From NCBI RefSeq assembly GCF_016432865.1, contig NC_067401.1, positions 10,912,001-10,976,000 on the forward strand: a stretch of DNA of 64,000 nucleotides. Reading direction: 5' to 3'. Positions 25,089 to 37,229 of this stretch are shown here, piece after piece. A program made the translations under genes and the position numbers. The notes below the pieces were generated by a model that did no database searches, was not told where the DNA came from, and saw nothing but the letters and a program-made list of their open reading frames with translations. The stretch comes from Antechinus flavipes (taxonomy: Eukaryota). Position 1 is the stretch's first letter. Each line of letters starts with the position of its first letter.

Positions 25089-25166
25089 TTTTTTGCTGAG
25101 GCAATTGGGGTCAAGTGACTCCTGACTCCAGGGCCGGTGCCCTCTCCATGCGCCCCCAGCTGCCCG
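25089..25166 (-). mobile_element. Internally deleted WSINE1-type SINE, inverted relative to the neighbouring copy
   Basis: ttttgctgaggcaattggggtcaagtgact/cctgactccagggccggtgc..gcgcccccagctgccc. Confidence 0.8.
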
Positions 25167-25264
25167 GCTCTTTTCTTTTTCAAGGGGATTGGGATAAAAA
25201 GGAGAGAAAACAGACTTATGTTCATTTTTTAAACAAGGGGAGAGTGCCACAGATGTGGGATGTT

Positions 25265-25410
25265 GCATGTATTTTTTTCTTTTATAATAACCCGCCAGGG
25301 TAATTTTTTACATTATCCCTCGCAGTCACTTCTGTTCCGACTTTTCCCCTCCCTCCCTCCACCCCCTCCCCCAGATGGCAAGCAGTCCTTTACATGTTAG
25401 ATAGGTTTGC
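25265..25410 (-). mobile_element. Short L1 3' end of the younger family
   Basis: Near-identical to 33335-33475 in this window (ttctgttccga.ttttcccctccctccctccaccccctcccccagatggcaagcagtcctttacatgtt). Confidence 0.8.
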
Positions 25411-25930
25411 ATATATTTTCAGATGAGATCAAGCTCTTATTAGTCTTACTGAACTTTTTGTCTGTTAGAAGAGATCTCTCACGCAGCAGGAACACTAGGT
25501 TTGCAATGTGAAAGCTAGACAGCAATAAAACTTGGAAAACGAGAATTCTGCCTGCACGTGGCGCGCAGTTGGGATCTAGGGGTGTGGTGCGCTTTTTTAG
25601 GGGTTCCAAAATAGCCATTTTCCGGGACTCTCTGAAGGGGAAGGTACGTAACTTACTCTCGGCTGATGTGGATTCCTCCAACCAGTGCTAGTCGCACACA
25701 GAATCATCTCGGAATTGAAGACATTTATCTAAGCAAACGCTAAAGAGAAATCGGGGAAGTTTTGAGATTGGCGGAAAGAACAGAATACACGAGTCAGTAA
25801 ACTCTCCAACTTAAAGCAAGATCAGATCTCAGCTTGATCGAGGAGACAGCAATCTCCCCCGGGAAGTCGGCTTGGAGAAGTCTCCAGGAGCTCATCCGGG
25901 GGGTACGAGAGTGGGGCGATCTCCTCCTAC

Positions 25931-26330
25931 TGTAATGGGGAGAAACTGAGGCAAGGTGGAGATCAGAGAGTGTTTAATATTTTATTTGAAAGGGAGAGAT
26001 TTACTGGGACCAAAGGGATCCGTGGTTTGGTCCCAGGGCTGAAGGAGATTAATTCAATCTCCAAAATTCCAGCAGCGAATGTCGGATACATGATTCTTTT
26101 ATAGGGTAACAAGAACGGTGACATGATGGGGGAGGCACCTGGGATGGGGATGCCATCATGGAGGCAGGCACCTAGGATGGGAGGTACTGGAGAGACTCCT
26201 GATGTTCTAATGATGTCTAAGATGTCTAATGATTAAGAGGGACCGGTTATAGCCTGAGGCAGAGTAACTGAGGTAGGACAATTGGGGAAACTGGGTCAGG
26301 ACATTAAAAGGGAACTGTGGCGCACCACCA
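25931..26330 (-). mobile_element. Solo ERV LTR
   Basis: Starts tgtaatgggg and ends in a CA at 26324-26330; minus-strand AATAAA (tttatt, about 25981) and TATA-like (ttttata, about 26097) are in the expected order. TSD not clearly resolved. Confidence 0.65.
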
Positions 26331-26539
26331 CTAGAAGGCTCCAGACCCCCTCAAGCTATTCTGAAGTTCCAGTCTTGTCTCTCACTCCACATTACTCTTA
26401 AACTCACCTTGTTTCACTTTTCCTCTGGTTTTTCTTCACTGATGCAGCTCAAAGAGCTTTCCATTAATTAAAAGTCCCATCTCCACATTTATGGAGTGCA
26501 GCATGAGAAGGTTCTCCTTCTGGGAACCTCCTAGGGATT

Positions 26540-26825
26540 TGTGCGTACATATACGTACATACATGCACACACATTTTATATAACACACAAATGTATGTCT
26601 CTATACATGTATAAACATGAATGTGCATGTTTATCTATCTTATCTATCTCCCAAGCCCCAGACAGGGGAGTGTGCGATATACACACATACATGCACACAA
26701 TTTAAATAACACACAAATTTATGTCTCTCTATATGTGTACATACATGAACGTGCATGTGTGTAAACATCACATGTGTGTGAACATCTATGTAAACTTATC
26801 TATCTCCCAAGCTCCAGACAGGGGC
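26540..26825 (+). repeat. Two-copy imperfect tandem duplication (about 156 bp period) built on CA/TA simple repeats
   Basis: ttatctatctcccaagc.ccagacagggg at about 26640 and about 26796. Confidence 0.7.
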
Positions 26826-27789
26826 ATGTTGTATGTGAGATATTTCACAATGTCGATCTGCGACCCCAACTTTTTGGGGTCTCCTCGTGAACCTCAACAT
26901 ATGTAAGTTCATATTCCTGCATGTGTATGTATGTGATGGGAAATGGGGCTGACTCTTTCCTTGAGCAAGCCCCCTGAAGCCAAGAGCACACATTAGGTAT
27001 AATGGTGAATGAGCCCCATCCTTATAAACACACAGTGTTTGGCGAATGTGGACTTTGAAGCACATGCAGTCATTCTGTAACTGGTTATCTGGGTGACTTT
27101 AGTCAAGTCAGGTGACCTCCCCTGGCCGGAGACTGGAAGGTTAAGTCTTTGAGGATCCCGCAGACATACATCCGTCTTCAGGGTCTAGTGGGTTGTGAGG
27201 CTTCCTCAAAGAGTTTGTATTTAATGGGACTTTGCTCTCCCCAGTCAGGAACAAGAGCTCCGTCTCAAGCTGGAGACCTGCCTTGTTCATCCTTCATTCT
27301 CAGAGGCCCAATGACATCACCATGGTGATGTCTTGATTTGTGCATGAATTAGATTTAAGTCAGGCAGAGTTGTGTCTTCCATATATGTGAGGAACATAAT
27401 GGATAGTGTTTCAAGCGATCTCAGGAGGCTTCCAATCTAATTCCTTCTTTTTGCTGAAAGTGAGGCCAGGGAAAGTCAACTGACTTGACTAAAGTCATAC
27501 GGATCATCAGCATCAGAGGAAGGACTTGAACTCAGGTCTTCTAACCCTAGAATCATGAGAGCCAGATGGTTCCCCACACATTTATGTAATGCTTTAAGTT
27601 TTATGAAGTACTCTACATGCATTATCCCACTGGACGCTCACAAACATCCTCTGAAAAAAGCCTTGCTGGAGTTCCTGGTTTATTATTATTTATATATATT
27701 TATATCATTGAATATTTATTATTTATATTATTGTTCCTGGTTTACAAATGAGGAACCTAAAGCTCAGCAGAGATGAATGACATACTTCC

Positions 27790-29570
27790 AGACTGGATGA
27801 TTCTTAAGACTGAAAAGTAATCTCTGAGGCCATCTATTCCAACTCATAACCGGCCCAGAATCCTCTCTACCACATTCCCAACCAGTGGTCATCCAGCCTC
27901 TGCCCGAAAGCCTTCCCTGAAAGCCACTTCTGAGGGAAGCCCATTTCATTTGGGGACAACTCTCTTTGTTAGAAGTTTCTCCTGACATCACATCTGAGTA
28001 TATTTCATCCTCTTGCTCTTTGTTCTACTCATTGGTATTAAATAGCAGAAATCGAATCCCTCTGCATATGGCAGCTCTTCAATGTGAGAAATTATTGTTA
28101 ATAATCAATGATTCAGAGCTATTCAGCTTTCCCCTTTTTTCTTTTATCCTCATTTTAAGACCTCAGTTTCTGAAGGTTGAGCTAACCTAATTCTATTCAA
28201 ACCCCACCCAGGATTGGGTGGGGATAAATTCTTTGAATAGATTACCCAAAGCTGAATTTAATCAAAGTTCAGGTCCAGCTCCTCATTGCATTCTTTCATG
28301 AATTATTAGCCAATTAGAATTGATTGTTACCCTTGGAAAGACCCCTTTTCCAATGGGGTCTTCCAGTGATCGGCATGGTTCATGGTTTTTATGCCCTCTT
28401 CCAATGGGCATATAAGCCATGAGTCACAGCACTATGATTATCTATTCTAAGAGAGAGAAAGCCAACTTATTAAAATGTAGCATTATTAGTAGGATGATTA
28501 AATTATCCAGAAATTATGCTTCTCGAATCTTTTTAAAAGTCACACAACTATCTCGTCCTTCAACCAATCCTTGTAGGATTGATCTTCAGCCTTCTTTTTA
28601 TCCTGTACATCTTGTTTTGGACACACTCCAGCTTTGTCCATGTCTTTCCTAAATTGTAGTACCCTTAAATAAATACATTACTTTAGATGTAATGCTTCCT
28701 GAGCCTTGAGAAATAGCCATCTTGCTTATTCTGAACTCTGTCCCTCGTTAATGCAGCCCAAAATACCATTTGCTACATGGGCATTCTGGTTGGTCGGTGA
28801 CCTTCATTCTCAAAGAAGCCCGAAATGACATCACTAGATTAGAGTCGAGTTACTACGATGTGTCCGACGGAGGCTGATCGGACTCAGATGAGCTCCTCAG
28901 AATTCTCTACCACAGGTCAGGCACAAATAGTTCATATGAACATTTGAGATGGATTCTCTAACTTTGCATCTCGTGTTTCTTTTGAACTACGTCCATTCTG
29001 CCTTGCTCATCGAGCACAGCACCTTCTCTGATGAGGGCACGCCATGCTGGGTGGTCCTGTGCCAGTGTCTTCTATGTCATGCAATCAGTTCTAAAGTTCT
29101 TAAGAGAGACCTGAGAATGGTATTTCTTTTTCTGATCACCTTGCGAGGACTTGCCTGTGTAAGTTCTCCATAAATAGTCTTTTTGGCAAGCATATATTTG
29201 GATACTGCTCACTCAGAGAGAAAGGCAAGTCCACTGAAACCTATAAATCATTTTTGCTAAAACTATGCTTAGCCATATCATCTTCATCCTGTTCTTATGG
29301 ATTTAATATTCAGAATCCATTTATAGACATTAAATTTTTAGCTGTTCAATTGGACTCATTATTATAATCTGCGAAGATCTTTTTGAATCTAGACTCTGTC
29401 GACTACCATATTAACTATTCCTCTCAGCCTCTTATCTTCAAATTGGACAAGCATATTTTCATCTAAACCATTGATAAAAATGTTAAGTAGAATGAGACTA
29501 GGGACAAGTTCCTGGAACATTATACTAGAAAACTCCCTCCAACTTGCCATTGAACCATTCATCACTCAAC
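27790..29570 (-). mobile_element. Degraded L3/CR1 LINE with a nested RTE 3' end (about 28790-29200)
   Basis: CR1-like 3' end (ccagtggtcatccagcctctgc..gaagcccatttcatt..ttgttagaagttt); the RTE piece encodes a LCLTCGR-like C-terminal zinc-knuckle remnant on the minus strand. Confidence 0.55.
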
Positions 29571-29759
29571 ATCTGGCTGAGGGACAGTACCAAAATAATA
29601 AAAGAGATGATATCAGAAGATGAGCTCCTCAAATCAGAAGAAGAACTCCATTATGCTACTGGAAAAGAACAGAGGACAACCACAAGTAGCCCCAATATTA
29701 ATGAAGTGGCTGGGCCAAATCCAAAAGGAAGCTCAGCTGCAGATGTCTGGGGATGAAAA

Positions 29760-30675
29760 GAAAGTCTAACACTGTAAAGATCAACATCATATAGAACTAG
29801 AAAACATTATGAAATGCAAAATGGAAAACTTTGATTATATTCAATTAAAAAGATTTTACACACACACAAAAAAAACCCAACACAAAATTAAAAGAGAAGT
29901 ACAAAACTGGGAAAAAATGTTTTACAGCCAATGTTTCTTTTTTTAATAATAGCTTTTTTATTTTCAAAATATATGCAAAAATTTCAACATTCACCCTTAC
30001 AAAACCTTGTGTTCCAAATTTTTTCCTTCCCTCCCCCGCCTTAGACAGCAAGTAATCCAATATATGTTAAACATATGCAATTCTTCTGTACATATTTCCA
30101 TATGTATTAGTTTTCCAACGGTCAATATTGAAAAATTACCCATGCATATGTTTTGTCAATAAAAAGCTAAAATAAAAAAAAAGAATACAAGTCATTCTCC
30201 AATTAATAAATGGTCAAACAATAAATGGACAGATAATTTTCAGATGATGAAATTAAAGCCATCTATAGTTATAAAAAAAATGCTCTAAATCACTATTGAT
30301 TAGAGAAATGTAAATTAAAACAACTCTGAGGCACCACTTCACACCTCTTAGATTGGCTGAGACGAGGGAAAAAGATAATGGATGAGGATGTGGGAAAACT
30401 GGGACATTAATACATTGTTGGTGAAGTTGTGAAATGATCCAACTATTCTGGAGAGTGATTTGGAACTATGCCCAAAGGGCTATCAATCTGTGCCTCTTTT
30501 TTTGACTCAGCAGTGCCATTATTGGGTCTGTATCCCAAGGAAATCATAAAGGAGGGAAAAGGACCCACATGTGCAAAAAATGTTTGTAGTAGTTTTTTGG
30601 GGGGTGGCAAAGAATTGGCAAATGAGTAGATGCCCGTCAACTGGGGAATGGCTGAATAAGTTGTGGTATATGAAA
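29760..30675 (+). mobile_element. Old L1 ORF2 3' fragment with a nested minus-strand L1 tail (29945-30105)
   Basis: Same L1 ORF2 motifs as at 4460-5336. Confidence 0.8.
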
Positions 30676-30699
30676 GGAAATCGAGAATTATTGGAGAAA

Positions 30700-31085
30700 C
30701 TCATGAAAACAATACTTGGAGCTGATTGTGGTTCAGATCATGAACTTCTTGCAAAATTCAGACTTCAACTGAAGAAAGTAGGGGAAATCATCAGACCATA
30801 TAGGTATAATCTAAATAACAGCCCTTACATATATGAAGTGGAAATGAAAAGGGGTTTAAGGGATTCGATCTGGTAAATAAACCATGAGTCACATGCCTAA
30901 AGCACTTGGATGGAGGTTCTTAAAATGATACCAAGACAGCAACCAAAAAACATTCCAAAGAAAAAGAAAAAGAAAACAAAATGGCTACCTGATGAGGCCT
31001 TACAAATAGCTGAGGAAAGAACAAAACTTGAAAATAGAGGATAATGAATGCAGAATTCCAGAAAATAGCAAGAAGCAATAAGGTT
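30700..31085 (+). mobile_element. BovB-type RTE LINE ORF fragment
   Basis: Translates to GADCGSDHELLAKFRLQLKKVGEIIRPYRYNLN..IPKKKKK..KWLPDEALQIAEER..NAEFQKIAR, matching the recalled BovB endonuclease end and linker. Confidence 0.85.
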
Positions 31086-31089
31086 TTCT

Positions 31090-32080
31090 TTTTTTTTTTT
31101 TTCCTTTTTCAATGGTATTTTATTTTTCCAAAGACATGCAAAGAGTTTTCAACCTTCACAAAACTTTGTATTGTAAATTTTTCTCTCTTTCCTCCCCATT
31201 TTTCCCTCCCCAAGACAGCAAGCAATATGATATAGGCTAAACATGTACAATTCTTATAAATATATTTTCATATTTATCATGCTGAGCAAAAAAAGAAAGA
31301 AAGAAAGAAAGAAAAATCTGATCAAAAGGAGAAAAATGTGAGAAAGGAAAACCAAAGAAGTAAACAAACAAAAAATAAATAAATAAATAAAAGGTAAAAA
31401 TACTATGCTTTAATCCACATTCAGACTACAATTCTTTCTCTGAATGTGGATGGCACTTTCTATTATTAGCTTTTTGGAATTGTCTTGAATCACCTTGTTG
31501 TTGACAAGAGCCCCGTCCATCACAGGTGATCATCACATAATCTTGTTGTTACTGTGTACAATGTTTTCTTGATTCTATTCACTACACTCAGCATCAGTTT
31601 ATGTTAAATTTCTTTAGACCTTTCTAAGATCATCCTGCTGATCATTTCTTTTAGAACAATAATATTCCATAACATTCATAGACCAAAACTTATTCAGCCA
31701 TTTCTCAACGAGGGACATTAGTGTCTCAGTTTTCCCACATTACCTCCAACATCCATTATTATCTTTTTCTGTCATCTTAGCCAATCTAAGAGGTGTGAAG
31801 TGGTACCTCAGAGTTGTTTTAATTTGTATTTCTCCAATCAATAGTGATTTAGAGCATTTTTTCATATGACTAGAAATGGCTTTAATTTCTCTTTCTGAAA
31901 ATTGTTCATGTTCTTTGTTTATCAACTAAGGAATGGCTTGTATTCTTATAAATTTGAGTCAATTCTCTCTAAATTTTAGAAAATGAAGCCTTTATCAGAA
32001 ACACTAGATATATTTTTTTCTCCCAGTTTCAAATCTTGGCTGCATTGGTTTTGTCTGTACAAAACCTTTTTAATTTAATG
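31090..32080 (-). mobile_element. Old L1 3' end
   Basis: Poly-T start, then L1 3'UTR and ORF2 end (minus ORF HMKKCSKSLLIGEIQIKTTLRYHFTP). Confidence 0.85.
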
Positions 32081-33149
32081 TAATCAATGGATAAAGCGCA
32101 GGTGTGAGCGTGTTAAAGAAAATCTCTAAGACTGATTCTAACATAAAGAGTAGGATGTAATCTATTTTCTCATTTTCTGATTGGTTGGTCATAAATTCTT
32201 TGGGGTCTAACCATGGGCCTTCACTTTGAAGACCCTTGCTCTTGATAACCCTCCAAGACTAAAAGTTGCAGAGAAAGTACCTACTACATTAGCAGATGGA
32301 GTTTTATCATGTAGATGTTTCCTTAAACAATAAAATCATAGGTTAGGGACCTACCTCTACTAATCCTATAGAATTAGACAGTTCTAGAATTCTGTAGAAT
32401 TAGAGAAATCAGATATTATGGGCAATATTGCTCATGTTCAAGATTGGTAGTCTCTGCAACATGCTGTAATGCTGCTTTGAAATCACAGTTTACCCAATCC
32501 CCTTCACCACCTGGTAGGCCTCTCTCAACCTTTTCTTCCAGTTCTAAGCTCCATGATTCTATGACGAAGAATGAAAAAAAAAAAAAAAAACCTAGGTCTG
32601 GAGCCAGAGGATTTGGGCTCAAAACCCCACTCTGATGCTATCTGTGTGACCCTGAGCAAGTCATTTAATCTCCATAGCTCACAGTTTCCTCAATTGTAAA
32701 ATGAGTGGTTTGAATTAGATTGCCCTAATTAGCTCTAAACTTCATTATCCTCTTCATCTCAACTCATGGCTGGTTATCTATAGCTTCTTCTAGGTCCACA
32801 TATGTAACCTTAGGACTTTAGAAAGCCTGAAAGGCCCTTCTGGCCCATGATATGGTAAGAGGGGGAGCTTGGAAGGATGGGACAGGGGGAAATGAATGAC
32901 CAGAACAATGCTTATACTGGACACTTCAAAGGCATTACACATTGAAACAGTTGGCCAAATGTCTAGGAAAACACAAAGTTTTTTTTAAAAAAAGACATTT
33001 TATTGTTTTTTATTATAGCTTTTTATTTTTCCAAATATATGCAAAAATTGTTTTCAACATTCATCTTTGCAAATCCTTGTATTCCAATTTTTCTCCCTTC
33101 CTCCCCAGAGAGCAAGCAATCCAATATAGATTAAACATCTGTAATTCTT

Positions 33150-34005
33150 TTTTTTTTTTTTTTTTTTTGGTTTGAATTTTACTTAAGACAATTACAATAG
33201 CCATATGGCTGATGGAAAGTTATTTCACCTCTTACTGTTGAAATTTCTTCATTTTTTTTAAATAAGGAAAATTAAATATGTATCACTTATCTCTTAGATT
33301 GGTTCTTTTGACAGTTTTTTTTTTTTTTGGAATAACTTTTTTATTGATAGAACCCATGCCAAGGTAATTTTTTACAGCATTATCCCTTGCATTCACTTCT
33401 GTTCCGATTTTTCCCCTCCCTCCCTCCACCCCCTCCCCCAGATGGCAAGCAGTCCTTTACATGTTGAATAGGTTACAGTATATCCTAGATACAATATATG
33501 TGTGCAGAACCAAACAGTTTTCTTGTTGCACAGGGAGAATTGGATTCAGAAGGTAGAAATAACCCGGGAAGAAAAACAAAAATGCAAGCAGTTTACATTC
33601 ATTTCCCAATGTTCTTTCTTTGGGTGTAGCTGCTTCTGTCCACCCTTGATCAATTAAAGCTCTCTTTGTCGAAGAGATCCACTTCCATCAGAATACATCC
33701 TCAAACAGTATCGTTGTTGAGATATATAATGATCTCCTGGTTCTGCTCATTTCACTCAGCATCAGTACATGTAAGTCTCTCCAGTCCTCTCTGTATTCAT
33801 CCTGCTGGTCATTCCTTACAGAACAATAATATTCCATAACATTCATATACCACAATTTACTCAATCATTCTCCAATTGATGGGCATCCATTCATTATCCA
33901 GTTTCTAGCCACTACAAACAGGGCTGCCACAAACATTTTGGCACATACAGGTCCCTTTCCTTTGAAGTATAAGCCCAGTAGAAACACTACTGGATCAAAG
34001 GGTAT
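33150..34005 (-). mobile_element. Younger 5'-truncated L1 with a second poly-A and a 146 bp extra segment, inserted into an older L1 tail
   Basis: T-runs at 33148-33168 and 33315-33328; L1 3'UTR to about 34005; imperfect TSD atctgtaattctt (33137-33149) / atgtgcaattctt (34006-34018). Confidence 0.75.
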
Positions 34006-34114
34006 ATGTGCAATTCTTCTAAACAAATTTCCATATTTATCATGCTATGCAAGAAAAATCAGATCAAAAGGGAAGAAAAATACAAAAAAGAAAGAAAAGA
34101 AAAAAGCAAACAAA

Positions 34115-34799
34115 TGTAAGGATCCTTGGTCCCACGTTGGGCACCAAAAGGTAATTTTCTCTTGTTGGGTTTTCTTGGGATCTCTGGGAGCAGCCTTCAT
34201 TTCAGTTCAGTAATCACCACAAGTACAGCCAGGTGTTAAAGTCCAAATCCTTTATTATCTCTTTCAAAGTCTTGTCTCCTTTCCTGGGGCCGGGTTAGCT
34301 TTCTTATAGTCCAGATCCTTTATTCTCTCCTTCCTGGGGCTGGGCAGCTTTCTGGAGAGTCTTTCAGTCTGGCCTTGGTCTTAATGGGGGAAGTGCAGGA
34401 GTCCAGGCCAGCCACCAGGAAGATCCAAGATCGAAATGAAATTTTCCCTTTTGTTCTGAGAGCTTAAGCTCCTGCCAGTCCTTTGCCTTCTCTCCGAATA
34501 TCTCTGAATCTCCCTGGCTGAGGCTTCTAGCCGCCCCACACTGAGTACAGACCAATCATTATATCATTAGGAAACCATTATTTGTTGGAGGATTAAACCA
34601 ACGCTAAACTAGATTTAACCATGGTCTCCTCAATTCCACTTAGTACCTTGTTTCAAGTTCTGGCCCATAACATCTCCTTGTAGGATTAAATCAATCGTAC
34701 TGAATCATGCTAAATTAGATAACGATTGTCTCTCAATTCCACTGACTTAGTACCTTGTAAGCATCCTTTGTTTCATGTTCAGAGTTCTGGCCCATAACA
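34115..34799 (-). mobile_element. ERV LTR element carrying a tRNA-Lys PBS, inserted into an old L1 tail
   Basis: TG...CA termini flanked by aacaaa on both sides (34109-34114, 34800-34805). Minus-strand TGGTGCCCAACGTGGGAC (34129-34146) matches the tRNA-Lys1,2 PBS at 16/18. Two minus-strand AATAAA; the tgttatgggccagaac start is duplicated at 34799 and 34672. Confidence 0.85.
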
Positions 34800-37229
34800 A
34801 ACAAACAACAAAAAGTGAAAACACTCTGCTTTGATCCACATTCAGCCTCCATTGTTCTCTCTGGGGATGCAGAGGGCATTTCCATCACAAGTCTATTGGA
34901 ATTGTTTTGAATCACCTCATTAATTACATAATTTTGTTGCTAGAAATACAAACTTCTACAATGAAGGGAAGCCCCTTCAAATCAAATCCTTCTCTTTCTC
35001 TTACTAATACAGAATGCTGAGCTTCAACCTGAATGGGTCAGGTACACCAGATTTGAACTCTGAAAGACTCCCAGGCCTCGGCCAACTTTTAGACATAGAT
35101 CTGACCAGAGAGGAGCAGCTGCTATAAGGGATACAGCAATTTAAAGGGTCAATTTAAATTTATTTAAATTTAATTTAAAATTAAAATTAATTCCCATATT
35201 AAAATTTAAAATTTAATATGGGAAAGGGCTTATTAGGTTTATTCCATTTAGCCCTTAAGGGGAAAATTAGAAAGCATGGCAAGAAAGAGACTAGTTGAAG
35301 CTATCAGAAAACACAATGAGAGCTGTCCAAGAAGGGAGGTTCTCTCTTCTTGGAAATTTGCTAGCAGAGACTGGATGGCTATCTATCAGGACAGTCTTGA
35401 TAGAGTCTTCATTTTATGGGTCAAATAAGATGGTCCTGAGGTCCCTTTTTATTCTCAAGTTCTATGATTCTGTGATTCTTTGACAGTAGGAGAGGAAAAA
35501 ATCCTAAACTATTGTTTGCCCAGATTGAGAAACACAGCCAGCATTTCACCCTGGCACAATTTAGTGGTCCCCATAGTGCTGAGCTCCTAGAATCAGGTGG
35601 CTGGCTTGGTAGAAGGACATCTCTTAGAATAGGCAGCTAAGTGGCCAGAGGGAAAGAGCCCTGAACTTGAAAGTCAGAAAAAGCTGCATTTGAATCCTGC
35701 CCAAGTCACAACGGGTGACCCTGAACACATCAGTTACTCTCTCTCAGCCTCCGCTTCTTTATCTCTAGAAGGGACATAATAATTGCATTTACTTCACAGG
35801 GTTGTTGGAAGGATCCAGAGATAATGTCTGTAAAGTGCTTGCCATATACATGCGCCCTCTGTAGATTGTCTCTGTGTCTTGTATGTATCTGGTGGTTTGC
35901 ATGTGTCTCCATCAGACTGGAAGTCCTTCGAGAGAAACAACCGTTCCCTCCCTTTTTTTATTTCCATCATTTAGCACAGTACCTGGCACATAGTACGAAC
36001 ATAGTGTTTGTTGACTGGTGTTAATTGTTTGATTAAGGAACAGCAAAAATATGAAGCCAGTAACTCCCTCCCCTGGGGAAAAAAAAAAAACAAAAAAACA
36101 ATCCTCCAGTGACATTAGTGAAAGCTCCACCATAATTAGAGTGGCCCTAGCCTTAGTTAAGAGAGATCTGCTCATCCTCACCCTGAATATTACAGCAGCT
36201 TAGGGGAATTCTCTCAAGGGAGAGTAAGACTGGCAAAAAGAGAGACTTGACCAGAAGCGCTTTGTCGGATGGGTAAGACTTTGGGCATGACTTGCGAAAA
36301 TATTCCTTTCCAGGAAGAAGCAGCCCAACAGTGGCAGTTCAAGTGAGGCCGTAGGGAGCAAGGTTTCAGCAGAAAAGCAGAAGGGGGCAGTAACAGCTCT
36401 TCAAGAAGCAGTGAGCAGGACTTGGGAAGTAGAGAAGTGATGGAGCTGAGGACCAAGTTGGGAGGGGAGAAGGGAATTTCCTTCAGAAATGCTGCTACTG
36501 ACTGGAAAACTGTGGGAAATTGTATCCCTTATAAACTACCTGGGAGGGCTTTTCTTGTTATATATTTGATTATTTGCTATTACCTGTTTTTATCTTTTGC
36601 TTTCAGTGAATGTATACCCTGGTTTAGTATGGTTCCATACTGAGGTTCCAGGTCAAACCAGCTCGAGGGAGCTGGTTGTTAAATTTTTAGTGTGAGCACC
36701 TACAGCCTGGAAAGCAGCAAACATTAAACTGGGCTTTGACTTATTGTTTTGTTTATTGTCTAGACTTAAGAAAACGATGAAGAAAATGTTAATAGTGAAT
36801 GCAGATTAAGCCCAAAAGTCAATTACTTTATTTGTGAGGGTAGCTAAGTTTCCCATTTGATCATCGCAATATTGTTGTTCCTGCATATGCTGTTTTCTGG
36901 TTTCTGCGCACTTGACTTTGTATCAGCTCATACAAGTTTCCCCAGGTTATTCTGAAAATATTTTGTTTATCATGTCTAATAGTCCAATAGTATTTCCTCA
37001 CAATCATATACTACAACTTGTTCAGCAATCCCCAATTGATGAGCAGTCCTTCAATCTCCAACTCTTTGCCACCAGAAAAAGAACTGTTAGAAATGTTTTC
37101 ATACATATGGGCTCTTCTTTAACAAGCCAAATCTTGAAAAAGGCAAAAAAAAAAAAAAATGGGAATGCTGGTACATACAGGATATTCTTAGTAACACGGC
37201 ATCCTTTAAGATTTTTCAAGCATCGAGCT

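Noticed and set aside
28193-28240. Imperfect hairpin ctattcaa-ccccaccca..tgggtgggg..ttgaatag
   Set aside because: Short and asymmetric, no TSD, and not convincing as a MITE or pre-miRNA.
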